The notes under the pieces are model-generated. The model ran no database searches. It had not been told where the DNA came from and was given only the letters and a program-made list of their open reading frames with translations. Below, piece after piece: positions 25,775 through 38,598 of a DNA stretch of 64,000 nucleotides. A program made the translations under genes and the position numbers. The number at the start of each line of letters is the position of its first letter. Within the stretch, counting starts at the first letter, position 1. The stretch is from positions 332,506,001 to 332,570,000 of the forward strand of contig OZ024740.1 in assembly GCA_964016885.1 (NCBI GenBank), written 5' to 3'. This DNA is from Eledone cirrhosa. Lineage: Eukaryota.

Positions 25775-26755
25775 AGCCACATCCATTTCCTCAGCCGCTG
25801 CCTCCGCCTCCACCTTATCCCCCTCGGCTTCCGTCTACACTTCTACCCCTCCCCCGCCGCTTCCCCCTCCACGCAACGTATCCTCACCCGATCCTCACGC
25901 CTCCTGATGCGCAACTCCATCCGGGCCTCCCGTTCCACCCTCCGCCTACTTGACCACCAACTGACCCCCACCCTCCACCGCCTTTACTCCACCTGCCACC
26001 CCCTCCTCGCCCAAGCCATCCTCTCCTTCATCCATAACCTCAACCACAACTCTTCTCGTTCCTCAGCTCCACCAAAGCCCGCAAGCTACACTCACTCCCC
26101 CCCATCCACCACCACCCGCCCATCCCCATACGCCCACCACTCTCCACCTCTCCCTCGACCCACACACCTACCCAATCGCCACCCTCCACCTCACCCCTCA
26201 CCACAACCTCCCTTCCCCCCAAACCCCCAAACCCCACCCCTTGTTGTCACCATACCCCCTGACCTCCCCCTCTCCGCACCTGAGCGCTCACTCCTTAGTA
26301 GAGGCCTTCGCTTCATACCCCACACTCCGCACAGCGACGAGTTCCGCACCCGAACGGAAGTCGAGCGATTCGTGCGACGCACTAAGCTACAGGCACATTT
26401 CGGCCGAACGCCACCGGCTCCGGACGCCCCAGACCCGTTTCTCGCCCTGGGCCGACGACCATCTTTTTGGACGCCGGCCCCAGGGCAATTTAGCACCCTG
26501 GACGCCTTCGTCGATGCCAGCCGTAGCGCAGTAAATCGTTTCGACTTCCGCCACCGTTCCAAACGGCACAATATCTCACGGGGCGAACTCCTCGCTCTCC
26601 GCTCCCTCCGTAGCCGAGATGACAGCGTCATCAAACCGGCGGACAAGGGAGGCGCCGTGGTGGTATGGCGCGCGGACCTCTACACGGCCGAAGCCCTCAG
26701 GCAGTTCTGTAACCCCCTCTTTTACCGCCCTCTACCCTCCGATCCCACCCCCCTT
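25775..26755 (+). pseudogene. PLE family H ORF N-terminal (pre-RT) part, in opposite orientation to the 3' half
   Basis: HIHFLSRCLRLHLIPLGFRL...LLSRGLRFIP...VIKPADKGGAVVVW...Y..EALRQ...FYRPLPSDPT. Ends abruptly at (TA)n. Confidence 0.88.
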
Positions 26756-26763
26756 ATACATAC

Positions 26764-26804
<41 letters not shown>

Positions 26805-26950
26805 TATATATATATAATATATACATTTATATATTGTGTATGTGTATGGTATGTGAGGTGTGTGTGCCTGTGTGTGTATAACATTGTGCCGTAAGCACAT
26901 CCTATTGCCTGATGTAGGAAACCATACACAGTATACACATAAATACATCA

Positions 26951-27060
<110 letters not shown>

Positions 27061-27096
27061 TGTGTGTTTGTGTGTGTTTCTCTGTCTCTCATTATA

Positions 27097-27197
27097 TGAG
27101 GTTAACTTTGCCTTTCATCCGTACGGGGTCGTTACAATAAAGGACAAGTAATGTACTGGGATAATTGCTGGCCTTGTGCCAAAAGTAGAAAGAATTA
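27097..27197 (+). mobile_element. SINE family C 3' fragment
   Basis: GAGGTTAACTTTGCCTTTCATCC...GTAGAAAGAATTA. Confidence 0.8.
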
Positions 27198-27792
27198 TAT
27201 ATATATATATATAATGAGAGCGAGTGAAACAGACAGAATGAGAGAGAAATAGAGAGAACGCGATATCTGCTCGGTTAGTATTTAGATAACGCAAGTTTTA
27301 TAATATATATATATATATGTGTGTGTGTGTGGGGAGGGGGGTTGTGTGTAAGTGTGTGTGTAGATTCCCGAATTTGTTCGTGGGGTAACAGCTGTTAAAA
27401 CAGGTATTCAATAAATTCGTACAATATAGAGGTCTTTAGAGAAAAATCACTTTTCTAAAGAAGAACTGTTTCATTCATATGAAATCATCGGCCTGAACAA
27501 GAAATATAATTAAGATATTCGTTCCAGCTGTATACATATTAAAATATACATTCGTGTATATATAGAGGCGTCAATACTATAGACTTGCACCTATATTGTG
27601 TCCCATCAGAAAACAAGTTAAAGGGACATTGCCTTGAGAACGAATATATGTCAGAAACAGCCGTCTATAATTCACCCTTGCTTCTTCAGTAACTCTCTCG
27701 TTGGCGCACCAACACCAGCTTCCAAAATTCATAAGTAAAGAATTTCAAATGTCTATGTGAAAACATACAGTATATTATTCGATTTACAAAAT

Positions 27793-27850
<58 letters not shown>

Positions 27851-27969
27851 CTTTCTATAGAGCTACGTTGGAGCAAGCACCTTAATTCTCTCCCCTCTCT
27901 CTGTATATATATATATATATAGTATTAATAATAATAATAATAATAATAGTAATAATAATAATAATAATA

Positions 27970-30068
27970 TATTACAATGAGGCTCTTGCTCGGAGTGGAT
28001 TTGTCGATAAGGTAGCATATACAGAGTACGAGAATAGACCTAGAAGAAATAGATCCCGACGCATTATATGGTATATAAGGGCGGTGGATTAGCAGTATCG
28101 GTAGAGGGTCGGACGCCATGCTTTCCAACATAGTTACGTCCCTTTACGATCTGAGTTCAAATCCCGCCGAGGTTGACTTTGCCTTTCATCCTTACGGGGT
28201 CGATAAAATAAAGTACCAGTAATGTACTGGGTAATTGCTGGCCTTGTGCCTAAAGTAGAAACAATTATATGGTATAACCCACCATATAATATGGAGGTGG
28301 CCACACCATTAGCTAAGATCTTTCTCTCCCTTATTATGAAGCTTTTTCCCCCTACACACATATAGTAACATTTTTAATAGAAATACTATTAACATTTCTC
28401 ACTCTACGACTCCTAACCTTGCACATAACATCACAGCTTCTAATTTAGCTAAACTACCTATCCGTAGGAACACGTGCAACCCTGTAGTTAGTACTAACTG
28501 TAATTGTAGGAATCGGGTTGACTGCCCTCTATCCGGGAAATGCCTCTCTAGTAACATTGTCTACAAATGTAAGGTTGAAACACCCACGTCCCGTAGGGCC
28601 TACATAGGGTTAACCGCCAATAGATTCAATCAGCGTCTTTACATGCATACCCATTCTTTTCGTTACCCTCTAAGAAGGAATATGACGTCACTTTTAGCTT
28701 ATATCTGGAGTCTAACAACCAATATAAGTTACACTGGGAGATCCTAGCTAGGGCTAGATCGTATAACGGAAATAGAAGATCATGTGACCTCTGCGCCGCT
28801 GAGGCTCTGCAAATACTCTACGCCACAGACCACATATTAAACAAAAAATCTGAGGCAATTTCGGCTTGTAAACATAAATTGCTGTATTACAGCCCCACAT
28901 TATACCCTAACGGCTAGTACGATCAATACGCGGATATTTTCCGTCTTGATGTGGTAGCTAAGTATATGTTATGTTTATACCATTACTTATTTGTATAGGT
29001 AAGTATATATAACCTGTAGGTTTTGTGAAGGTACGTCTACTTTCTCGTATGTATATTTGATTGTATATGTTATGGCGTATATTTCATATATTCTGGTACA
29101 TATGCTTTTGGTTATGTGTATACGTGAGTTTTGCGTCTATGTGAGTATGCGGGTTCGTACGTATGTAGGGTGTGTGTATATATGTACTTCGTGTTTTGGT
29201 TGACGTACGTCTCCTAATATATGTGTATTTACATGTATGTATTTATTTATATACGTTTATTTAATTATCTGTATACATGCACACACAAACAAACATATTT
29301 ATATGTGCGTGTATTTGTATACCTATGGCGACTGTTTTCGCATATGCTTGTACGTCTTCGAACATATGTGTATTTACATGTAGTCGTGTGTGTGCGCTTG
29401 TTATATACGTATTTATTTATTTATATACGTTTATTTAATTATTTGTATACACGCACACTCACACACACACACATATTTATATGTGCGTGTATTTGTATAC
29501 CTATGGCAAGTGTTTTCGCGTATGCTTGTGTATGTACGTAGATGGATGCGTGTATGTATTTACTTAATTTCAATTGACTCTGTATTTTATTTATTTTATT
29601 CTTAACTCTGAAGCCGAGAATCATTCGGTTTCCTAGTTAGAACTTTAGTCTACGATTTCAGTTATACCATTTACGTGGTTTTGTCTTTGCGTGCAATCGT
29701 GTACCACGCTCCACATATAACGTATTATCTTCGTTTTTTCCGTTCATTGCCAGAGATCGTCTCTATAACCACCTAATAGAATATTAGTCTACGACTTCTT
29801 TTATACCATAAACGTGGTTTTGTTTTTGCGTGTAATTGTTTTTCACCGCTCAAAATAATGACGTATTAAATTCGTTTTTTCCCCGTTCTTTGCCAGGGAA
29901 CGTTTCCACGAACCAAAGTATCGTCTAACTGTCTTCCTCCAGTTGCAACTTTTTTTTGAAATATTCACTTCTGCGTTCACAGATTGACTTTGTTAGTTTC
30001 AGAAGATCCCGTTAAGGGTGAAAGTTGCGATTCTTTGCTTAAACTTTAATCTGTTATTTTAATAAATA
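27970..30068 (+). mobile_element. 5'-truncated PLE family D with nested SINE; HHR at 29995-30045
   Basis: Reverse-complement homologue of 16082-17768. CNCRNRVDCPLSGKCL and YIGLTAN are visible. Confidence 0.92.
28076..28266 (+). mobile_element. SINE family C nested in a PLE, with 13-bp TSD
   Basis: ATTATATGGTATA at 28063-28075 and 28264-28276. Confidence 0.93.
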
Positions 30069-30085
30069 TATATATATATATATAT

Positions 30086-30690
30086 GGTCACCAGTTGGTG
30101 CTACTGGTAACATGTATACCAGTACAACCTGTTCCATGGTCGGGTCGTTGGCGACTAAACTGGCAACCCCCACCAAGGTTTCTTGGTGAGGAGGGTGACT
30201 TTGGACATCCTGCAGGACTAAAAACAAAACCTGTCAAAGGGCAAAGGAGCTCTTTAGAGTCAATGGCCATCCAAAATCACTGGGAGAGATGACCCCTTAG
30301 CCTTTGTCAAGGCAGAATTCTAGGAGAAGGAAAACCCTGATATAACACCTGCAACCCTGATGGTATCCAATGATGTTGACTTGTTCTTCTTTTTGGTAGA
30401 TATTATCTTGGTTAAGAGAGTGGGACTGGCTTTGTTCAGTGCCTTTGCTCACTATAAAAGCTTAACGGCACAGGCATTGCTTTATATCTGGAGATCTCTC
30501 TGCACTTGTCGTCACATGGTACCATGGGCCCAGCACTATGTGTCAATAATTGTCACAGGTGTAGTGTTTGTACCAGAGTTTTCAAGTCGCTGGCTGGACT
30601 AAAAAGTCACACTCGTTCAGCGCATTGGTAGGGGTACTCCTACATGGATATAAAGTAGTGGCCGTACTCGAAAACGAGTTGGCAGCCACC
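30086..30690 (+). mobile_element. Family B RTE-derived non-autonomous element, full length
   Basis: Same ends as 4393-4995. TA-flanked. Confidence 0.8.
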
Positions 30691-30704
30691 ATATATATAT
30701 ATAT

Positions 30705-31151
30705 ATATTGTTGTACTTGGGGAGGGTGATATTTGTGTAATATTGCCAGAATTAATAGCAGAACACACTCACTGTTTGGTTGGTTTTCGCTTCTGTGTCT
30801 TCCATCTTTATTTAGAAATAAAGATGGCGTAGAAAATACAATGCAACGGGAGGAAACAATAGCACCACTGACGATTGTTGCAGATGCGCAACAAAAGAAC
30901 TTTGATAGACTATATATATGTGTTTGTGTCTATATTGTATCTGTATTTTTGACCGTTGGTCAGACAATGGCAACATTGAGGACCGAATAAATTAAATTAA
31001 GCGATATAAAAGAAACTGAAGCGAAAAGCGAAAACCAATCAAACAGTGAGTGTGTTCTGTTATTAATTCTGGCAATATTACACAAATATGACCCTCCCCA
31101 AGTATAACAATATTTGTTTCGACACACGATTTCATATTAAAAACCTCGCAA

Positions 31152-31156
<5 letters not shown>
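30705..31156 (+). mobile_element. PLE family G pLTR with short inverted 5' arm; decayed HHR at 30864-30906
   Basis: Matches 13310-13610. Ends in [22 protein letters not shown]. Confidence 0.85.
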
Positions 31157-31221
<65 letters not shown>

Positions 31222-31223
<2 letters not shown>

Positions 31224-31434
31224 GTATGTTATTCCGGGTTGAGGTAACCACAGTAAGTAAGGTACTCAAAACATAGCAGAGTATAACAGTTTTAATATAG
31301 ATGAGATTCTACAGGACTAGAACAGTTTCATTCTTTAGAAATCATCAAGAATCTGATGATTTCATTGTTTAGAAATCTAGGAATCTGATGATTTTTAAAG
31401 AATGAAACAGTTTTAGTCCTGTAGAATCTCATCT
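31222..31434. mobile_element. Family I 3'-end fold-back with hammerhead-like cores
   Basis: Arms ~31299-31348 and ~31385-31434. Core CUGAUGA U-UUC-UAAA-GAA-U GAAAC. Related pieces at ~27365-27500, ~44850-44910 and ~48010-48140. Confidence 0.65.
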
Positions 31435-31694
31435 CTCTATCTCTCTCTCTATATATATATATGTAGCATGATCTGAGCAATTCTGGTCATATTTACCACC
31501 AAAATTGCTCAAATCATGCTACATATATAAACAACAAATACACTAAATTGAATGCCACCCTGCATTCGAACCCTCACCCACCCACTGAATCCACAAAGCG
31601 AAAGCGGACCACCCACTTTCTCAAACTCGCCGTACAAAACTGGATTGCAACAGCCATAACATGCGGCGGCTAGATTTTTTACATGAAAATATGT

Positions 31695-31853
<159 letters not shown>

Positions 31854-32031
31854 GGAAGCAGGACATTGCTTATTGTGATCCAGTACATGCTTAAGAAACC
31901 CAGTTTCATGGACGGTTTCAACGTACGGTTAGGGGTAACTCCACAAGTTTGTATGAATTCCGTTCAATCTTGGAGTATAAAGTATAAAAGAGAAAACACA
32001 GGTAAGCATCAATAAAAGGATTTTATCCAGG

Positions 32032-32097
<66 letters not shown>

Positions 32098-32229
32098 GGT
32101 TTGAGGTTCACTACTGGATAGAGCTGGACAATTCCGTATGGTCAATATTAATGTAATAATATGGAGAGTACTCAACTTAAAGCAGTTTTTGTAGTTGGTG
32201 GTGCTAGTACGGAGTTAAATATTATAATG

Positions 32230-34150
32230 AAATGACAGGAGGCTGGACTTGTGTAAATTCTTGAAAGGTTTATTATTCTATGATCATTTCAATGACCGGG
32301 TTCCGTATGAATCCGGTGATATCATCAGGTATTTGAAATATAATAAATGAGTGTAATAGATAAAATCCATTGGGATGCAAATCAAAGACCGGAGGACGAC
32401 CGCCCACCCAGCATCTTCCACCTTTGCCGGTCGCCCTCAAGTGACGTGGCTAAAGCTCATAGTGTGCTACTACCGGTCAAATAGAGGAAAAACAGAAAGG
32501 GAGAGGTGGATAAGTCAGTGTTAATATCATGCCACAAGAAAAAAGACAGAAAGAAGGGGGAAGAGAAGGGAGAAAAGGAAGAAGAAGAAAAGTCAGGGTT
32601 AATGTCGAGCTACAAGAAGAAAGACAGAAAGAAAGAGGAATAAAGGTCGGTACTAATGTCAAACTACAGTCAGGTCAGGAATATCGCGAAAAAAATGTAT
32701 TCTAAGGGACCCGTATCTTAACAGAGGTAAATATAGTGGGAGTCTGCCTGTTATAATGTGTGAGCAGAAGATTGGAACGTTACATTTCTGTTTAGATTTA
32801 TAGGATGAAGTTAAAAAATTAATATTTAATATTAATAATATGAAATTAAAGAAATTAGAAAATTGAAAGTTAAACAGTTTAACATTTTTAAGGTTTGGGT
32901 TGCGAGGTTTAAGCAAAGAAAGCGTCTTTTATGAAGACACTTAAATTGTATTATAGAGTAAAGATTATGTCTCTGTTTAGCAGTCAAACAACATGCGGCG
33001 ACTACAGGCTTTTGCAGCCCATCCACTCCGAGTGATATCGCCTAGCGAAAGATATGGAAATCAATTTTTCCGAGCACTCTAGGAATGTATAACAGGCTTC
33101 ATGTGCGCCAGCGGGAAGGCAACCCTCATCGTTAGGCCATCCTTGTACAAAATCAGCACTATTAATTTACCCAGGAGGGGGATTTGCTTAAGTAGAGGGA
33201 GGCGTGATACATCTAATAGTTATGATTAGATCTGTAATTTAAAGGTACTATATGGCGGTCAAAAAACCGGCTGCGCGCCGGACCCCCGGAGCGAATCGAT
33301 GCGCTCCGAGTAGTTTCATTTACCGAAAGAAGGGGAAATTTATTTTTCCAAGCACTCGAGGTAGGCCTATGTGCCAGGAGGCCGGTCCCGCCGCCAGGAA
33401 AACCAACCCAACAGTCCGACAGAAAATTGGAACGTTAAGTTATTGTTTAGATTTATAGGATGAAATTGAACAAATGCAGAATAACATTATATAATTAAAG
33501 AGTAAGGAGATGGAGAATTGAACAATTAGAACATTGAAAATTAAACATTTAAAAACTTTTTAAGATTTTGGGTTACGAGGTTTAGTTAAAGAGAGAGTAT
33601 TTTATGAAGAAACTTTAATTGTATTATATAGATCCTCCATAAGTTATCCTAGTGGGATGTAGAGTAAAGGATATAGTCGGGTAATATTTATTTTTGTTCT
33701 CAGGGACAGACATTCTAGTGCCGTGTGCTAATGGGAACAAGTGAGTAAAAGTCAAAATAAGAGGAGTAGAAATACATGGATATATAGAAGTAGAATACGT
33801 GGAAAAGCACATTAATAAAGCAAAGGTAGAAAGATATAAATAAACAAACAAGAGTGGTGGTGGACTAAGATGGAGAAATCAAGACATAGGAGAAATAGAA
33901 TATAGTTCAGGTTGCAGTATTTTTGTTCCCAGGGGGAGACATTCTAGTGTCGTGTGCTAATGGGTACACAGGAGTAAAAGTCCGAATAAGAGGAGCAAAA
34001 AGTACATGGATGTATAGATGTAGAATACGTGGAAAAAGCACATTAATACAGCAAAAGTAGAAAGATATAAATAAACAAACAATAGTGGGGTGGAGTAAAT
34101 GGATAGATCAAAACACAGGGGAAATACAAAATATTTCAAGTTGTAGTCAG
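32230..34150 (-). mobile_element. Family J second copy (HHR at 32275-32332; structured units around 33030-33079 and 33307-33358; tandem duplication 33690-34145)
   Basis: Shares the HHR and the GGAAA..TTTTCC.AGCACTC motifs with 7190-8790. Confidence 0.72.
32275..32332 (-). ncRNA. Minimal hammerhead ribozyme (family J)
   Basis: AUAC CUGAUGA U-AUCACCGGAUUC-AUACG-GAACCCGGUCAU-U GAAA UGAUCA UA GAAU. Palindromic helix III. An A-U pair replaces the G-C pair seen in the 7236 copy. Confidence 0.8.
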
Positions 34151-34174
34151 ATAATGCATATATATATATAGTGG

Positions 34175-34420
34175 ATATGTTAAAATAACAGATTAAAGTT
34201 TAAGCAAAGAATCGGTGCTTTCACCCTTAACGGGATCTTATGAGTTTCAGAAGATCCCGTTAAGGGTGAAAGCAGCGATTCTTTGCTTAAACTTTAATCT
34301 GTTATTTTAACATATACACTATATAAATATTTGCTCTACGATTCTTATATATTTGATATATATTTATCCTTATCGAGCCCTCTTTGGATTTTGTCTTCAA
34401 ATTTATTATTATTATTACTA
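34175..34420 (+). mobile_element. Family D terminal fold-back (HHR at 34243-34293)
   Basis: Arms ~34175-34240 and ~34245-34314, followed by the family D tail. Confidence 0.85.
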
Positions 34421-34699
34421 TATATATATATATGGGATATTGAGTTATCGTTATAGGTAATCCAGTTAGAGGTTGTGAGTACTCTGCGTTGTGGACACTT
34501 GTCAGTACTTTAAATAAAGCCCTTATTCTATAGCCAACCATGTTACTGTTCATTCTTTAAATATATATATATAGATATATATATATATACATATATACAT
34601 TGCTATATCATATTGAGACCATCTAGAATTCTTGGAGTTGTTGCGGACGTTAAACCAATCTATGACTACTTGACTACTTGACTACATCTCAGTGATTAA

Positions 34700-35300
34700 G
34701 GCCTGAATGTTGTCTAATAGCTATATTATTGTTTTAAGTATATCTTTATTACCAAGTCCTAATTTCCTTCTGACATGGTTTATGAGACTGCGAGTTGGTT
34801 TAATAATGAATTCATCCTTATGACCCTTAGTGTCATAACCAAGTTTCCTAACTCGTTGTCTACTTTGAGGGTGGCCGCTATATGCTTCGCATCATCGTTA
34901 ATTGTATTGTAAGAAGCAGGATCGGCTTTATTTATATTTAGACTCTATTGACTTGTTTACAAGTTAGTTGCAGGTAGAATGATCAAGTTCATAAATATGG
35001 TTAGTCTTATCTGATAGGATAAACGTTTTATCATAGGATCTGAAGGTGTTTATGTTTCTGATTACTTTATTCTGAATTGAGTTGGAATAGTTACAGAAAT
35101 ATATGTTAGCAACTAGATTAAGAAGATCAACCTTAAAGGTAGAGAGTTCATTTATCTTATGTGGGTAATTCTAGACTTCTGGTTGAATATATAGCTGAAT
35201 TCGATATTTTTCCGCTCGAAGGCTAGTGCTATCCATTTCAATCACTTGACAACCTCTCCAATTTTATGGACCAGGAATGTAGAGTAAATTCTCTGTAATG
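34700..35300 (-). pseudogene. Decayed PLE pre-RT region, Naiad-like, distinct from family D
   Basis: ELSTFKVDLLNLVANIYFCNYSNSIQ...TFILSDKTNHIYEL...INDDAKHIAATLKVD parallels the family D segment LPFENDVLELIRSIKF...HSDKTGNLYQV. Confidence 0.65.
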
Positions 35301-35837
35301 GGGTCGATATTTACATCAGGGAGTATTCAATTTCACGGAGGAATATGTTAACGTTGTGTCATGCACACGGGCAAATATAGCACTGAGATCATTATTGTGG
35401 GTTGCCTATTGTACACAAATGTATGAACCTGATGGTCATAATAGATTTCTGTAGCTGGCTACTATAGTACAACTTTGGTATAAATATCCAAGGGTAAGAG
35501 CACTTCTGTGGAGGTAGCCATCTTTGTTTATATAGCAGGCTGAATACGTTGGAGTGTATAATCTAAGGAAACCTTAGTACCTGTATATGTCACTGTTGTA
35601 ACTACTTTATTTAACCCATCCTATGGACTGAGAGTTCTTACCCGTGAATAATTCTACCTAAATTGTACTGCGGTATATATTTTGGATCGTCAAGTGTGAA
35701 ATTTGTAGAAATTTGTAGAGAAGAAAATTCTACAAATTTCATACTTGACGACTTTATATAATATATATATGTATATATAATAAATCAGGAAAGAAGATTA
35801 CCTAAGTGGACTGCATATAACTATTATTTGTTATCCC

Positions 35838-35914
<77 letters not shown>

Positions 35915-35919
35915 CATAC

Positions 35920-35999
<80 letters not shown>

Positions 36000-36647
36000 G
36001 CCTACATACAGACATATAGACACACAAAAACAGGCGCACATAAACACAAACACACGCACACACATAAACGCACGCATACACACACACACATACACAAACA
36101 CACATATACACAGACACATATATACATATATTTATATACACTCTTGTGCAAGTGTAGTGTAGCCGTTATTTGACTACCGTGTATTCAACATTTAACTAAT
36201 GTATGCTTTATCGTAGTATTTGTTTACATTTCAAGATTTTTTCTGTATTTTAGATGCGTTCTATATACCCGAAAACACACACTTAATATATTAAAACAAT
36301 AGACTATCATGTACCTTTCCTTACGTTTAGGCATTGCTGTTATCTATTTGAATATATTATGTACAATATTCATAAGCAGCAGAAGAATTGGTATTGTAAA
36401 GACGAAAATAATCAATACTTTTCACTCTTCATTTTTCTGTTCTCAATTTCCCATTATCATACACAAACGACTATTCTATACTGCTTCTCTAACTTTTCAG
36501 AATCATTCATCATTTTCTCTCAGCTGTCCAATCTCGTACGCTCCTTCCTTAACATTTAAGAAGTGCTATCGATTTCGATTCCAAAACATTAAAAACAAAA
36601 ACATTCTCGTATTATCCCTCATTTCTCCCCTATTACGACATACACAC

Positions 36648-36705
<58 letters not shown>

Positions 36706-36760
36706 ACACAACACACATGCACACACACGCACCCGTATATATACGCACACACAATGATGG

Positions 36761-36841
<81 letters not shown>

Positions 36842-36945
36842 TTAATAATGATGATAATAATAATAATAACAATAATAATAATAATAATAACAACAATCAC
36901 AACAATACTAACAACAACAGCTATAAAACATAATAATAACAATAC
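36761..36945. repeat. (AAT/AAC)n trinucleotide microsatellite
   Basis: Direct observation. A similar tract lies at 27924-27968 and an (AAG)n tract at ~60687-60768. Confidence 0.95.
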
Positions 36946-37387
36946 TTTTTTTTTATAAAGAAATTCGTATCCATTTCAATACTGTAAATAATTTATTCAT
37001 CGAACAGGCTTAATGCAACCTAATGGTAGTCGTTTAGAAAATTCTTCATATTCTCCAACTTAAATGTCTTCAATAGGAAGAGAAGAGGATAAAAACAACA
37101 AATTCACACTAATATACAAAATCCTATTCATACTTACACAAAAGCATACGTCTCTTCCTTCATACATAAGCAGCAATGCACGCAAACTATGTGTATGGAC
37201 TATTTCCTTCCGGCTATACATATGAGATTGAAAGAATATAAACTATAAACACTCGGCATGCTAGAAATGGCAAATATATATCCCTTATAGTCTGCATATA
37301 TGCAATTCAAAATAATGTATTCGTAAAAAATATTCAGCCTGGGACTGAACAATTATAAAAGTGACACACACACACACATATATATAC

Positions 37388-37513
<126 letters not shown>

Positions 37514-37619
37514 ATAATAATAAAATTGAAGACTAACATCCAAAGAGGGCTCGATAAGGAAAATATATATCAAATATATAAGAACCGTAGAGCAAATATT
37601 TATTAAAATAACAGATTAA

Positions 37620-37670
37620 AGTTTAAGCAAAGAATCGCTGCTTTCACCCTTAACGGGATCTTCTGAAACT
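37620..37670 (-). ncRNA. Hammerhead variant of family D (also 16105-16155 -, 29995-30045 +, 34243-34293 +, 40878-40928 +)
   Basis: AGUUU CAGAAGA U-CCC-GUUAA-GGG-U GAAA GCA-GCGAUUCUU-UGC UU AAACU. All three helices close; the core has U4A. Confidence 0.72.
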
Positions 37671-38598
37671 AACAAAGTCAATCTGTAAACGAAGAACTGG
37701 ATATTTCAAAAAACGTTGCAACCGGAGGAAGACAGGAAGACGATACTTTGGTTCGTGGTAACGTTCGCTGGCAAAGAACGGGAAAAACGAATAATACGTA
37801 ATTAATAGGAGCGGTGAAAAACAATTACGCGCAAAGACAGAACCACGTTTATGGTATAAAAGAGGTCGTAAACTAATGTTCTCTTAGGTGGGGCATAGAG
37901 ACGTTCTCTGGCAATGAAGGAAAAAACGAAGATAATAAGTCATATGTGGAGCGTGGAGAAAAATAGCACGCAAAGACAAAACCACGTAAATGGTATAGCA
38001 GAAGTTGTGTAGACTAAAGTTCTAACTAGGAGACCAAATGAATCTCTGCTACAGAGTTAAGAACAAAGTAAATAAATACAATACAGAAGTAATAGAAACA
38101 AATAAATACATACACGCAAACAGATACGTACATACACAAGCATACGCAAAACCTTACCATAGGTATACAAAACCACGCACATATAAATATGTGTGTGTGT
38201 GTATGCTTGTGTACAAATAAATAAATAATTATATAAACGTATATAAGTAAATAAATACGTATATAACAAGCGCACACAGATACCTACAAATAAATACACG
38301 AATGTTCGGAGACGTAAGTCAACTAAAACAGGAAGTACACATATACACACACCCACCATACGTACGATACTGCATACTCACGCAGACGCAAAACTCCGTA
38401 TACACATAGCCAAACCCTAAATACCAGAATATGTAAAGATTATACGCCATAACAGTCAAATATACGTACGAGAAGGTATACATACCTTCACAAAACATAC
38501 GGGTAATATATACTTACCTATGCAAATAAATAAAGGAATAAACAAAACATATACTTAGCTCCCACATCAAGACGTAAAATATCCACATATAGATCGTG

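Noticed and set aside
31550-31600. tRNA gene (minus-strand GGTTCGAAT B-box)
   Set aside because: No cloverleaf or A-box; at most a SINE-like remnant.
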